A stretch of 64,000 nucleotides of DNA. It comes from Selaginella moellendorffii. Taxonomy: Eukaryota; Plantae; Lycopodiophyta. Below the pieces are notes generated by a model. That model saw nothing but the letters and a program-made list of their open reading frames with translations. It was not told the DNA's origin and did not search any database. Position numbers and translations under genes: made by a program. The DNA lies in assembly GCF_000143415.4 (NCBI RefSeq), contig NW_003314378.1:136110-200109 (forward strand), given 5' to 3'. Positions within the stretch are counted from its first letter, which is position 1. Every line of letters begins with the position of its first letter. Shown here in pieces: positions 1 through 11,739 of this stretch.

Positions 1-140
1 GATACGCTCGGTTTCCCAATCGCGAGCGTCATCATGCTCGGAGATTGGGACGGGCCTGTCTGTGATCCCCTGAAACACGAAAGAAATTAGGGAAAACTTA
101 CTCTCTAAGAACCATTCCTTCTTGTTCCCTGAGCCGTCCA
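1..140 (-). pseudogene. Degenerate fragment of CSP41a (exon-intron-exon piece), runs off the window edge
   Basis: The reverse complement (…ggctcagggaacaagaaggaatggttc…gtaagtttt…cgtgtttcaggggatc…gcccgtcccaat…cgagcatgatgacgctcgcgattgggaaaccgagcg) aligns with internal deletions to the intact CSP41a at ~22610-22830, including its intron. Confidence 0.75.
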
Positions 141-297
141 GCATCAATTCGCTTGAGCTGAGAAGAAAAGTAAAAGGGGTTTCACACCCACCATTAATTT
201 ATAATTTTTACATTAGAAGATTTTAACTTAATTTAAAATCATTAGTCATTTTAACACAATGGCGTTTTGTTTGCGCCAATTAAATTATACCTAAGAG

Positions 298-2901
298 CAT
301 TAGTCTTGATTTAGAGGTGGTGACTAGCACCATAAGAATAAAGATCTCTCAAGAATGTTGAGGATGGGATGGAAAAGAGGATTTCACATGCAAGGAATTA
401 GAATTTCTTTTGTGTGAGAGGGAGAAATAATAAAATGCTATGGATCACAAAAGAACTTTCATTATGAAAATTTCCAAGAATTGAGTTGTGTGAGAAGGGA
501 AAATTCAGGGTAATAGGCCCATTTCTTGCCAGACTTAGCAAAAAAGTGTATAAATTCATTTATTTAAATATAATTTTTGTATATAAAGGTACAATATAAA
601 AGTTTATATGATTTATTGCCTATAAACTAACTTTTAGAAAAAAACACTCACAAAAACTTCATTACCAACAAGTTTACTAAATCTATCCATTTATCACCTT
701 TTATTTATACTTATAGTTACCTAGAGAATGTTGTTATCCCACGCCACCTTTACTCCTCCTTATGGCAACAAATGGATACATTGATAAACAAAAAAATTGG
801 CTAGGCCTAAAGACATTAGAGTAGAAATAACTAAATTTATCACCTTTGATTAAAGATTCCAAAACCTCATTCATTTATTTATTTATTTTTCCATTACTTC
901 CTTTCTTTTTCCCTTGGTTTTTTCAAGGCTTTCAATTTTTTTTTCTCTACTGCTTTAGGTCTTGGTTGTTACTTCTTCCCTCTCCCTTTTTTTAATGGCT
1001 ACTATTTCTTTATTTTTTATTACAACTTCTTCTCTTTCCCTTTTCTTTGCAACCCTTCTTATTGCTTCCAATTTTTTTTGTTTCTCATGTGCTTCTTTTG
1101 CAATATCAATTGTTTCAACAACACTTGTGAATTTTAGACTTGTTAAAATAGTTCTAGCACTAACTTTCAACACTGGTCTAAGTCAAAAACAACTTTGTAC
1201 CTTTGAAAATAATTTTACATGCAAGTATGCCATCTTGTTGTTTTTTTATTGCTATCCAGGCACATACACATGTTGCTCGTGTTGCTTGTGTTGCTCAACT
1301 TGATGCTCTAGCAAAACTCCTATGAAACAAAGCCATAGCTGAATGAGAATTAAAAAGTGTTTTTTACCTAATTACCCAAGCTATCTAAGAAGTTTAGAAT
1401 GCTTGAGCTAATTAAAATGTTACTTAGGCTACCATCAATGCTGTAGATGAACCTCAAGCTACAAACACTTTCACTACTTCTTTTAGCTAATTGAAAGTGA
1501 GTGGATAATTGATTTTAACTCAAGCTTTCACCAAAGATGCTTGATAATGTAAAAATGGTGGAGGATTTCTAAAAGAAAAACTATTTAAGAATTTAATATA
1601 CCTCGGATGACTTTGCAAGATCTATTAAGGGGATGTAGCACAGGATGACCATATTTTTTTATTGATTCTTCATTCTAAATTCTAATCACATGCTTCTGGC
1701 TACGTGCTTTGGTTAGAAGTTGACTTCCAAAACATAGAAAAATAATAGAGAAGTTAGACATTTCTTTCTCTTTCAGCTTAATAGTCTTTTACTTTTGTAA
1801 TGCCAGAACTTTGGCTTTTGTGCACACTTTCAGGGACAAAAACTACTAGACTTCTTTGCACTATGGGCTAAAAACAAGTGTAGTTAAAAAATTTAAAAAG
1901 TTATTTCTAGCTGCAAAGACAGCTTAGAATAGGATAGCTTCTGGGAGCTGTGAGTGTTTGTGCACAAACTCTTGAAAGTTGTGTTTTTTGCCCTGTAATA
2001 TACTGTTTTATACCGTAGCATTTTAAGCAATTAACTAGCTGGTTGGAACCTATCTCCTAACTAAACAAGGAAGTGGCGTGTAATGTGCTTTATGTATACA
2101 TATTGTGATGGTTAAGCTTTGTAATTGTCTTTATGTATGCATATTGTGCTGGTTAAGCTTTGTAATTGATTAAACAATAAACCTTATAATAGGATTTAAA
2201 AAATTATTAAATTTTTTTTTTTCAAAACAGTGGCAAACCTCAAGATTTGATGTGTTCTTTCCACCTTCTTCACTTTTTTTGCCCACTCTTGAGATATTTT
2301 GACCTGATGATGAAATGTAACTTGATAGATAGCTGAACTTAATAAATTTATTACTCCTATAATTTTTATTATACTCTTTTTTCTAAATTCGGGAATATAG
2401 ATGAAATAGAGTAATTGAATGAGTTCCTTTTCTTCCAAATAGCTACATTTGCAATTGAAAAAAGTGATTTTAATTTTAATTATGTTATTTAATAGATTAT
2501 TTTCTTTTTTTGTAGACTAAAAGATTAGTTAGTGTTGAACCAATAATCTTTGAAAAAAGTAATCAATATTTTGATGACACTAAAATCCATCATAACCTAG
2601 AATGTCATGAAACCCACCAAAAAATTATCACATAATTTTCCATTTATCACAAAGATATGGTTTGGGCCAAAGGTGGCCCAAATTAAGAACCCATGCGAAA
2701 AATGGGCCTATTACCCTAAAACTTTGTTTTTTTTTTACAACTACTACCTTGAAGAAGAATAATGAATATAACGATCTATTGCATCATCCATAGCAATAAT
2801 GTCATTGCAAGATTAACCATTTCATCTGTAAATACATTGAGTGTGTGTAAATGATTAATTTTTCCCTTCTGCTTTAGTCACTTAACCACACTTTTAACCA
2901 T
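298..2901. mobile_element. AT-rich relic of a putative non-autonomous DNA transposon/foldback element with long degenerate terminal inverted repeats
   Basis: agggtaataggcccattt (507-524) is the exact reverse complement of aaatgggcctattaccct (2700-2717). Weaker inverted matches continue outward (tgctatggat; cattagtctt/cattggactt). No transposase ORF and no clear TSD. Confidence 0.4.
2088..2168. repeat. Tandem duplication of a 41-bp unit (2 copies)
   Basis: ctttatgtat(a/g)catattgtg(a/c)tggttaagctttgtaattg occurs twice head to tail. Confidence 0.85.
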
Positions 2902-3099
2902 AAGTCCAATGTATATATCATCGCAAACTATAAGTTCTTCATCTCTCAACTTATGTCTAAAGGCAATTTGAGCATTTTCAGTTTTCTGGGAAGTAACAAT
3001 TTTACTAGAGGCCTCCCAAACCAGCTCTCAAGAATTGTTGACTTGTACATAGACTGCAAAATCGTTTTCCTCTTCTAACCAAGTACATCACATCTTTGC

Positions 3100-5270
3100 A
3101 TATATACAGAGATGTATCGTTCAACAGGCTGACTGGACCTGAGTGAGTATGCATTTTTTCTGCTAATTTCTCTGAACTTGCATAGGAATGCTACCATTAT
3201 TGGCAATCCGTCCTCAGTTAATAGAACTCAAGGGTATGGTTCTCTTCATGTTCAACAAGGTTCACCTCACCATGTTTTCATTGCAGACAAAATGCAAATA
3301 CTGCTACGTGTTTACAGGATATATCAAACTGCGGCAGTGTGAACCAAGGAAATAGTTGAGTGATATTTGCTGCATAAAGTCTTCACTTGATATAGACATA
3401 TTTCCTATTCAGATGTTATCAACTGTGGTGGACCTCAGATCACTTCGGATGGGACAGATTTTAACATAGACATGCCAAGTTCTTTTACTATTCCACTGGA
3501 GGATGGGTATCTAGCAGCTCTGGTTTGCGGAACCCTTTCAAAATAACCCGACTTGGTTTCAAAGCATAGATGGTTCCACTGGTCAGCAGGCTGTACTATA
3601 TCAAACTGCCAGAACTGCGCCAACATCTTTGAGGTGCCTCGGAGTTGGCATGCGAAGTGGTTCATATACAGTACACCTCCACTTTGCAGAGATTATCATC
3701 GACACTGGCCAGGACGGACCAGGAGTGGGTATCCAGGGCGACAGAAAGCTCAAAGATTTCAACATACGGGAAGAAGCCAATGGGTCTCTTAGAGCTTTGA
3801 GAAGGAGCTTCACTGTCGTCAATGTATCTAACGGCGTTCGTGACATTCATCTTCTTGGATGGGGAAAGGAACATGTTGCGCTCCATTCAGATCTTTCAGG
3901 TCCTCTGATATCCACAATCCAAGTTCTACCTGGTAAGTGTTAGATACTGCTGCCACTACGAAAGTTTGTCTTCGTTCTAACATTGCGTTTCAGAATTTGA
4001 AACTGGTGGCACAAGTCAGAGTGAAAACAGTTCCAAATGCGTAAAAATAGGTGTTGGAGTCTCGGTGCCACTCGTGGTGCTCTTTATGGTTTCCGGTTAT
4101 TTGTTGTGGAGGAAACGACACAGAGAACAACGATGAAGGTCACTTAATGCTTTTGCGAATTAGTTTTACTAATGTTCTGTGCCATGCAGAGCTCAACCTT
4201 CTAGACGGAAAGCTGCATATGTTTTCTTACAATGAAATAAAAAACGCTACGGGGGGATTTGACCCCCTGAGATTGTTGGGGACAGGAGCATTCGGCAAGG
4301 TCTACAAAGTAAAGTTTTCTTTCTGGTAAAGTGTTTGAACTTTCAGGGGGTATTATCTGATGGTACGGTGGTAGCGATCAAGCAGCTTAATAGGATCACT
4401 GGAGATGTTGTGAACGAGGCCACACTTATCTTCATCACAATCTAGTCAAGCTTTATGGATGCTGCACCGAAGGAAACAATTGGATGCTTGTTTTTGAGTT
4501 TATGGAAAACAACAATCTGCATCAGGCGCTCTTGAGTAAGTTGATCTAATACTGCTCTGAGAACACATAGTTTGTTTTTCCTTTAGGTCCCGTGGGTGTA
4601 GCTTTAGAAAGCTACACCTCAGTTGGCCAATTCGCTTCAATAGATGCATTGGAGTTGCAAAAGGGCTCGCTTATTTGCACGAGGAGTCATCACTGCGTAT
4701 CAGACATCGAGACATCAAAGCTACCAATGTACTTTTGGATCAAGCTCTGGTGGCAAAGATAGCGGACTTTGGTTTGGCAAGGCTCCTCGAAGATCATCAG
4801 TATGAGGGTGGCAGGAACAATGTGAGAGCTCAAAGTTGTTGTAATTGCTTGATCTGATCATCTCTGATTTTTCTTTCTTCTTTCAGGGATACCTGCCTGC
4901 AGATGTCTACAGCTTTGGAGTTCTGGTACTAGAAATCGTGAGCGGAAGAACCAATCTGGACACCACGAGTGAAGACATGACCCATCTTCTCGATCACGTA
5001 CGTATAAAGATTTACAAAATGTTTGCTCTTTAACTCGCGTCAATGATCAGTACCAAAGCGATAAGCTACTACAACTCCTGGACAAGAGAGGGATGCTTCG
5101 GCGTCATGGAGATGTTTCCCCGGATGCGAGAGTTGCTAAGCAAAGACCGACAGAGCCGAGAGAGCCAATCGAGCAAAGACCCCAGCAGCAGTGCCAGTGG
5201 CAGCATGATCGGGACTGACTCGCCATGGCAAGGATCTTCATTGGCAAACAACAGTATACTTCCAAGGTAG
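3100..5270 (+). pseudogene. Malectin-domain (LRR-VIII-like) receptor-like kinase pseudogene
   Basis: Malectin motifs INCGGP and YTVHLHFAEI…DFNIREEA…GPLIS. Kinase motifs [13 protein letters not shown]…[23 protein letters not shown]…KIADFGLARL and ADVYSFGVLVLEIVSG. Frames are broken and subdomain VIII is collapsed (GYLPADVYSF). Confidence 0.8.
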
Positions 5271-5306
5271 AGCCTCGAGTTTTGAAGCCATAAAGATGCC
5301 AGGAAT

Positions 5307-6430
5307 ATGCCCAATCCCGGCATATTGAAAGCCCACATCCCTCCTCCGTGGATGCCGCCACATTGGCAAGGTCTCGCTCATCCACGCCCACGTCTCCAGC
5401 AATGGCTGGATCCGCAAGACCTTCGTCGCTGTCCAGATGTATGGCACCCTTGGCGGCGGTGGCACAGGAATCTCTTTTCCTGGAACATCACCCTGGGCCA
5501 CGAGGGGCTGGAAGATGCCTGGGACCTCTTTCGGAAGATGCCCAGCCGCGATACTGTGTCGTGGAATCTCATGTTTGCAGCATATGCCCGATCAGGGCAT
5601 CTTGTTGTGGCCAGAAATCTCTTTGATTCCATGCCCAGGAAGAGCCTCGTGTCCTGAACTCAATTGTGCAAGCCTGCAGTAGCCATGGATTCCTGGACGA
5701 GGCTAGGGTTTTGTTTGATCGCACCCCGGGCAAGAACGTTGTCTCCTGATCCAAGCGTACGCCGAAAGAGGGAATTTGCGGGGGGCCAGAGATGTCTTTG
5801 ACAGAATGCCGCTCACGGATCTCATCTCCTGGACGATGATCGTCACGGGTCACGTCGCGTGGGGCAAGATCCAGGAGGGATCCAGGCGATGCCGGAGAGG
5901 AGCGCTGTGGCTTGGGACGCGATGATGCAGGCGGCTGTCAGGAAGGGGATGTGGATGCCGCAGCGTCGCTTTTCACGGCCATGCCGCCTGGGCGGGATTG
6001 TAGCTCCTGGACGTCGATGATCTCTGGCTATGCCAGGAACGACTGAATCGGGGCGGCAATGGCGGTGTTTTGGCGAATGCCGACGTGGAGCCTGATTTCC
6101 TGGAACGCCATGGCCATTGCGCTGGCCGAGAGCGGCGATCTCTCCTCGGCCAAGAATCTCTTCGATCGCATCCCAGAGACCTGGAACGCGATGATCCAGG
6201 CCTACACCGCGAGCGGGGGTTTGATCGCCGCTGTAGAGGTCTTCGATCGAATGCCGCAGCCCGACGTGATCTCCTTCACTACGATTGTCGTGGCGATCGC
6301 GCAGGGCGGGGATCTGGATCGCACCAGGGCGCTGTTCGATGCCATGCCAGAGCGAAATCTTGTTTCCTGAAACGCGATGGTGGCCGGCTACGCCCAGAGT
6401 GGAGTTGGCGACCACGAAGTTGCCGTACAT
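5307..6430 (+). pseudogene. PLS-class PPR pseudogene
   Basis: Repeated motifs (LFRKMPSRDTVSWNLMFAAYARSG, LFDAMPERNLVS) interrupted by TGA stops in place of TGG and by frameshifts. Truncated by a retrotransposon fragment. Confidence 0.85.
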
Positions 6431-7135
6431 CAGTCTGGATGGAGTAACGATCTGTCCTCCATTGAGACTGTAGGAGCCAGCACTGTAGGAAGAGGAAGAG
6501 GTCTGTGATGGCACTTCAGCTCCGAAACGTGCATCACATCATGAAGCTTAGTTCCCAATGGCAGCTGCAACCTGTATGCCACCTGGTTGATTCTTTCTAA
6601 AACCCGGAAAGGTCCGAAGAATTGCAGGTGCAGGTGCAGCTTGGAGCGAGAGTGAGTACACTCTCCCACCGAAACCGTACATAAACCCAGTCCCCAACCT
6701 CAAAGGCTCGAAAAGTTCCGTGCTGGTCCGCAAAAAACTTCATGGAATCCTGGGCAGCATGGAGATGCTTGCAAACAAGAGTATGGAGTTCCTGTATGGC
6801 GTGAAGATGCTCTTGTAGACCAGAATCTTGAACGATCAGTGGAGAAAATAGACCAGGCACCTCTCGACCATATAATGCTGCATACGGGACATTCCAATAG
6901 CAGAATGATGACTCGTGTTGTAAGCGTATTCAGCATGAGCCAACCAGCGGAGCCAAGATGAAGGCGTATGCACGTAGAAGAGCCTCTAGAGTGTGATTGG
7001 TTCTCTCTGTCTGGCCATCAGACTCTGGATGATAAAGTTGACAAAAAGCTGAGAAAACTTTGGATCCCGATCAGAAACAATGTCCTGAGGAATCCCATGA
7101 AAACGAACAATCCCCTCCCAGAAAAATTCAACAAC
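6430..7135 (-). mobile_element. Ty3/gypsy LTR retrotransposon integrase fragment (degenerate)
   Basis: Minus-strand peptides GIPQDIVSDRDPKF, HLHAAQDSMKFFADQH…FEVGDWVYV and FFGPFRVLERINQVAYRLQLP…HDVMHVSELK (integrase core end and GPY/F module), split over frameshifts. Confidence 0.85.
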
Positions 7136-7389
7136 TATCTACTGCTCGCCAGTACTTTTCCCTTCTCAAATCACGACGTCAAAACAAGCACGGAGAAAAT
7201 CGAACAGAAATCCGACTCACCACATCCGACTCCAGCGTGACAGTTTCAGAGATAATTATCTCGCTGGGAATCTCAAGGACGAAATCTCCAGCTTTTAAAT
7301 CGCACGCTGCAGCCCCTCCTCTACCATATCCTTCAAAATCTGTTTTGTCACAAAGCTCTTAAGATCGTCATAGAAAAAAATACCAAGAC

Positions 7390-7925
7390 TCACCAGCTAT
7401 GCCAATGTTGCTTTTGACTCCTCTATCCTTTGCCCATTCAGACAAAGATTTCTCTGCGTTCCTCTCGCACGGAGCGGCGAAGTTGCCTACATTGCTTTCA
7501 TCAGTGCCAAATTCATCCAGCCTTTCCAAAACCATTTTCTCGAGCTCGGAATCCGTGCTGGAAACCAGCAAAGATCGAACGACGCCGGGGGCCGCCATTT
7601 CGGTTCGAGCACTGATCATGCCTCTTTCATCGTCTTCCAGAAAATAACATTCTGTCTGAGAGCAATGAAGAAAAACAAAAGAAAACAGCAAATCTGCGAT
7701 AGAGCAATGACGAACTCTTACCTCGTTGAGCTCTAGAATCCGTGCTCCCTCTAATACTTCCTCCAGCCACTGGCATTTCTCTTTGCTGGGCACAGCTTGA
7801 GGCCTCGATCCTCCAGAATCCTCTGCATTTCATCCAAACTTCATCCTCTATACACTCGTGCCCCCCATCAATCAGAGATTACCCCTTTCGCTCGCGGATC
7901 CGCTGCCCCTGGCAACTCCAATCCT
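7390..7925 (-). pseudogene. 5' fragment of a SET-domain (Rubisco LSMT/SETD3-like) protein gene
   Basis: Spliced peptide ARILELNE|TECYFLEDDERGMISARTE…EKSLSEWAKDRGVKSNIGIA resembles the N-terminus of plant SET-domain methyltransferases. GT-AG introns are visible and the gene is cut off near the gypsy fragment. Confidence 0.45.
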
Positions 7926-8075
7926 AACGAATATTCTCTTAAATTTTAAAAATTAAATAGCTGCCACGTATACCAATCTTTTGGTGCCGCGTAACGGTGA
8001 GCTAAACAGAAAATAGGGCAGGCTATGGTGAGCGAGGCCGCGATGGCGCTGGCGATGCCGCTCGGCTGCTGGTGA

Positions 8076-9070
8076 GTGATTCTTGCCAGATCGTCTGGGA
8101 GTACTGATCTTCGCCGAGCACCTCAAGATGAGAGGGGGCAGATTTCTCAACTCTCTGCGGCAGCTAGCCAGGCAGCCAGTGAGCAACACGCCTTTGATTC
8201 GCAACGCATTCGAGCTGGGGCACTGCGTTTTCAAGCCGATCAAGCATGTATGTCACCGCTGTCCAAGGAGAAGCAGTACTTTTTGATCGGGCTCTCGTCG
8301 TCGATGAAGCAGCAGCACGCTGCTGCCACGAAGAACTTGCTGACTTTCACACACATCAAGAACAGCAGCTCGGCCGCTGCTATGGTGCAAGAACCTCTGG
8401 AAGATATCCGGTGGAGGACAATGTGGTTCCTCCTGCACTGGAAACATCTTCTCCAGCAGAGCAAGTTTGTGATGCTGGGATTTTACTGGGGCGTGTGTTT
8501 CGGCAAGCCGAATGATGTTGGGTCGAAGATTTGGAATTCCTTTTGGGTAAGTTCGTATGTTTTTTGAGTCCGATCATTGATGGTTCTAGCCATCGGAGAA
8601 CCGGATAATTGAAGCTGAGGTGAGTATCGACATAAACAAGCACAGGAACCCAGAGAATTTCTCCGACCAGTTTGCGAGGCTGGCCGTGATGGCTCTAAGA
8701 TTTCCCACCGACTTGCTCTTTCGGGTGATGCTGAACAACCATTTCTAAAGTTTCATATAAGTTTGACATCTAAAGCAGTAAGAGTTTTGGCTTTCTCATT
8801 TTTCTTCTTTACATTTCTCACGCTCGCTTTTGCTCTCTCGTTATTGCAGCAACGTTACATATGTTGAGCGGCAATGCTAGAAACCATCTCTGGTGTTCTC
8901 GGAATGGTTGGGGGGATGGTTAGTCTCTGAGGCGAGTAGAGCACAGTGGAGGGTGGATCAAGGCTTTTATGGAAGAAGCAGAAAACAAACAAATGCATGA
9001 CATTCATGGAGCTGTCCAAACCATCGTGGCAGGAAGGGGCCCTAGTTTTTACTGCTTAAGGGATGTTTAT
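8076..9070 (+). pseudogene. Unidentified coding-like remnant with frameshifts
   Basis: GC-rich, coding-like overlapping ORFs (8083-8286, 8076-8567) followed by short GT-AG introns. No family recognised. Confidence 0.25.
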
Positions 9071-9074
9071 GAAG

Positions 9075-9300
9075 CAATCAGGACTTAGATAATTTGGCGA
9101 GGAAAAAGAAAAGGAGCTAGAACAGTAGGAACACAGACCCAATATAAACCCCGAATTTTTGTTAATATTATAAGTACTTAGAGGTAAGAGAGTTATGTTA
9201 GATCAATCGGTAAGTGGTAATTCACCACCACAATATGGAGGTGGTATATAAATTCCCAATAAAAAAATAATTAAAGTTAATGGTTATGGCTAATTAATAT
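9075..9300. repeat. Third (direct) copy of the inner part of the palindrome arm
   Basis: aatcaggacttagataat…gaggtaagagagttatgttagatc…tggttatggctaattaata matches the reverse complement of ~10860-11090 and directly repeats ~10635-10860. Confidence 0.75.
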
Positions 9301-10033
9301 GGCTAAGGCCATACTTGAACTTTAGAACAACCCAAGCAGAATGCATAACACATCAAGAAGGAGAAATGCCAAGGACACAACCACTGCCTACAAATACCAT
9401 TAAGATTCACAAAGAGATAACCACCACAATAGAGCACAGCAAAGAATAGTAACACCAAGAACTATTTCACCTGGATGCTAGGTTCTTGCCACTGCACCTT
9501 CAGCAATATGCATTGAAGAGCTTCATCAAGAGGCAAAGGCAATAGAAGGATCACTAGTAAAAGAAATGCTAAAGGCTCAAAGAGAAGTAGAGGAAGACAC
9601 ACCACCTCTAGTTGGGGAAAGTGTTCCACCCAGTCTAGCCACTACATGAGGGGCAAAGATAAGCTGAGGGATACCCAAGATAAACTTCCATTGCCACTCC
9701 TTAGTAGTGCCAACAATGATGACCGCCAAAACCACACTAATCCTATTCCTCCTACCACCCATCTTTCTTCTTTTTCCCTCCAATTATTACAATTGCTATT
9801 TTTTTTATCTTTTCCTGTTCTAGGTTTATGAAGAACAAGGCAAGCATCTCCATCCGAGTGCTCCACGGGCGGGAATACAGGTGGAAAAAGAGTGCCAATC
9901 AAAGCTGGTTCATACAGAAAGGTTTAGGAGGAATCATCGAGGTATTTGCCAACAAGGCAGTTACCATAGATGGGCTGTTCCTCACCAACATAATCATGGC
10001 GATAGATGAGTACAAGAAGGTGATTAGAGTTTA

Positions 10034-11693
10034 TGGGAGGAACATCTGGCTTTCAACAGAGTTCTTCAACCAGGTATTTGATTATCCAGAATTCCAGGGA
10101 CACATGAAGAAGCCCAGCCAAACCATCTGACCAAGTGTGTATGGACATTTATTCAAAGAAACAACTACAGGTAGAAGAAAATAGAATATCCATCTCGCGA
10201 GAAGAAAGGACACCAAACGGGTGAAAAGCATCCAAGTTAGGGATTTTCCAGATGCACATGTTGACAGGCTTTGACCCCTCATGGCTTTCATCGGATGCAA
10301 GAAGGAGTTGAATACGATCCCGGCAAATATAATGTAGGCTTATGTGAGAGCAGAGAAAATGCAATCGGTGAACTAAGGTTGATTTTCTGGATTTCATTTT
10401 TCCGGGTGATTGCCACTCAAAAAAGTAGGATCTTAAGTAGTCAGAAAGGATTCACCGATTTATACCCGTATCTAGTAAGGATAGTAAAATACCTCGGGTT
10501 AACATCAGAGGACGAGTGGAATTTCCGACCCTTGTATGAACAGTTGGAGTACTTGCTGAAGAAGCAGATAGACGACTTCATCAACGGGGTAAAGAACAAT
10601 ACTAAAGGTTGGTACAAAATGCTACACTACATTAGTGATCAAGATTTGGATAGTTCAGCGAAGGAAGAAGAAGAAGAGCCAAAGCCGAAGTAACAAAAAA
10701 ATGGGGTTGACGTGGGCCATGAATCCCTGTCGATTCCATAAGTACCCAGAAGTAGGAAAGCCACGCCAAATCAACTGGTAGGTGGTAACCTACCACCACT
10801 TTACAAAGGTGGTATATAAATTACCTATCGAAGAGTAACCAAAGTTGGCGATTCTAATTGTATTAATTAGTCATAACCACCAATTTTGGTTTCTCCTTGA
10901 TAAGCAATTCATACATTACCTTCGCACTGTGGTGGTGGGTTACCACTTACCAATTAATCTAGCATAACTCTCTTACCTTTAAGTAATTGTGGGATCGACA
11001 GGGATTCAATACTTACATTAACTTTGTCTTTTTGTTACTCCAACTTTGGCTCCTCTCTTTTTTCTCTACCGAATTATTTAAGTCCTGATTACTGGTGTAG
11101 TGTAGCATTTTGTATAAACCTTTGGTATTGTTCTTCACCCCGTTGATAAAGTCGTCTATTTGCTTCTTTAGCAAATACTCCAATTGTTCATATAAAAGTC
11201 AAAAATTCCACTCGTCCTTTGATGTTAGCCCAAGGTACCTTGCTATCCTCGCTAGATATAGGTATAAACCAATGAATCCTTTTTGACCGCTCAAGATTCT
11301 GCTTTTTTGAGTGGCAACCACAAAAAAAAATAAAATCCAAAAGATCACCCCCTAATTCAGTAATTGCATTTTCTTTGCTCTCACATAAACCCACATTATA
11401 TTTACCGAGATCGTATTCAGCTCCTTCTTGTATCCAATAAGAGCTATAAGGTAGAAACCTATCATCATGTGCATCTGAAAAATTCCTGAGTTGAATGCCT
11501 TTTACCTTTTTGGTGTCCTTCCTTCTCATGAGATGGATCTTCCATTTTCTTCTACCTGCAATTATTTTTTTGAATAAATGTCCATACGCACTTGGTTAGA
11601 TGGTTTGGTTAACCTTCTTCATGTGTCCCTAGAATTCTGGATAATCAAATACCTGGTTGAAGAACTCCGTTGAAAGCCAAATGTTCCTCCCAT
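10034..11693. repeat. Giant imperfect palindrome, ~830-bp arms with almost no spacer, centre ~10862; probable transposon relic
   Basis: Position 10034 onward (atgggaggaacatctggctttcaacagagttcttcaaccagg…) is mirrored by the sequence ending at 11693. Mirrored ORFs 10271-10693(+) and 11188-11529(-) both encode QEG(V/A)EYD(P/L)GKYNVGLCES. Confidence 0.9.
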
Positions 11694-11731
11694 CCGTTGA
11701 AACCAATCACAATTGCTCCACTAAGAATTGC
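11691..11731 (+). pseudogene. Tiny remnant of a heparanase/GH79 C-terminus
   Basis: LKPITIAPLRIA versus LKPISVDSKQPITIAPLSIA in the intact gene at ~32647-32706. Differences are mostly at third codon positions. Confidence 0.5.
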
Positions 11732-11739
11732 CAAATCCA

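Noticed and set aside
955-2438. Short ORFs in AT-rich DNA
   Set aside because: Low-complexity, with no recognisable domain.
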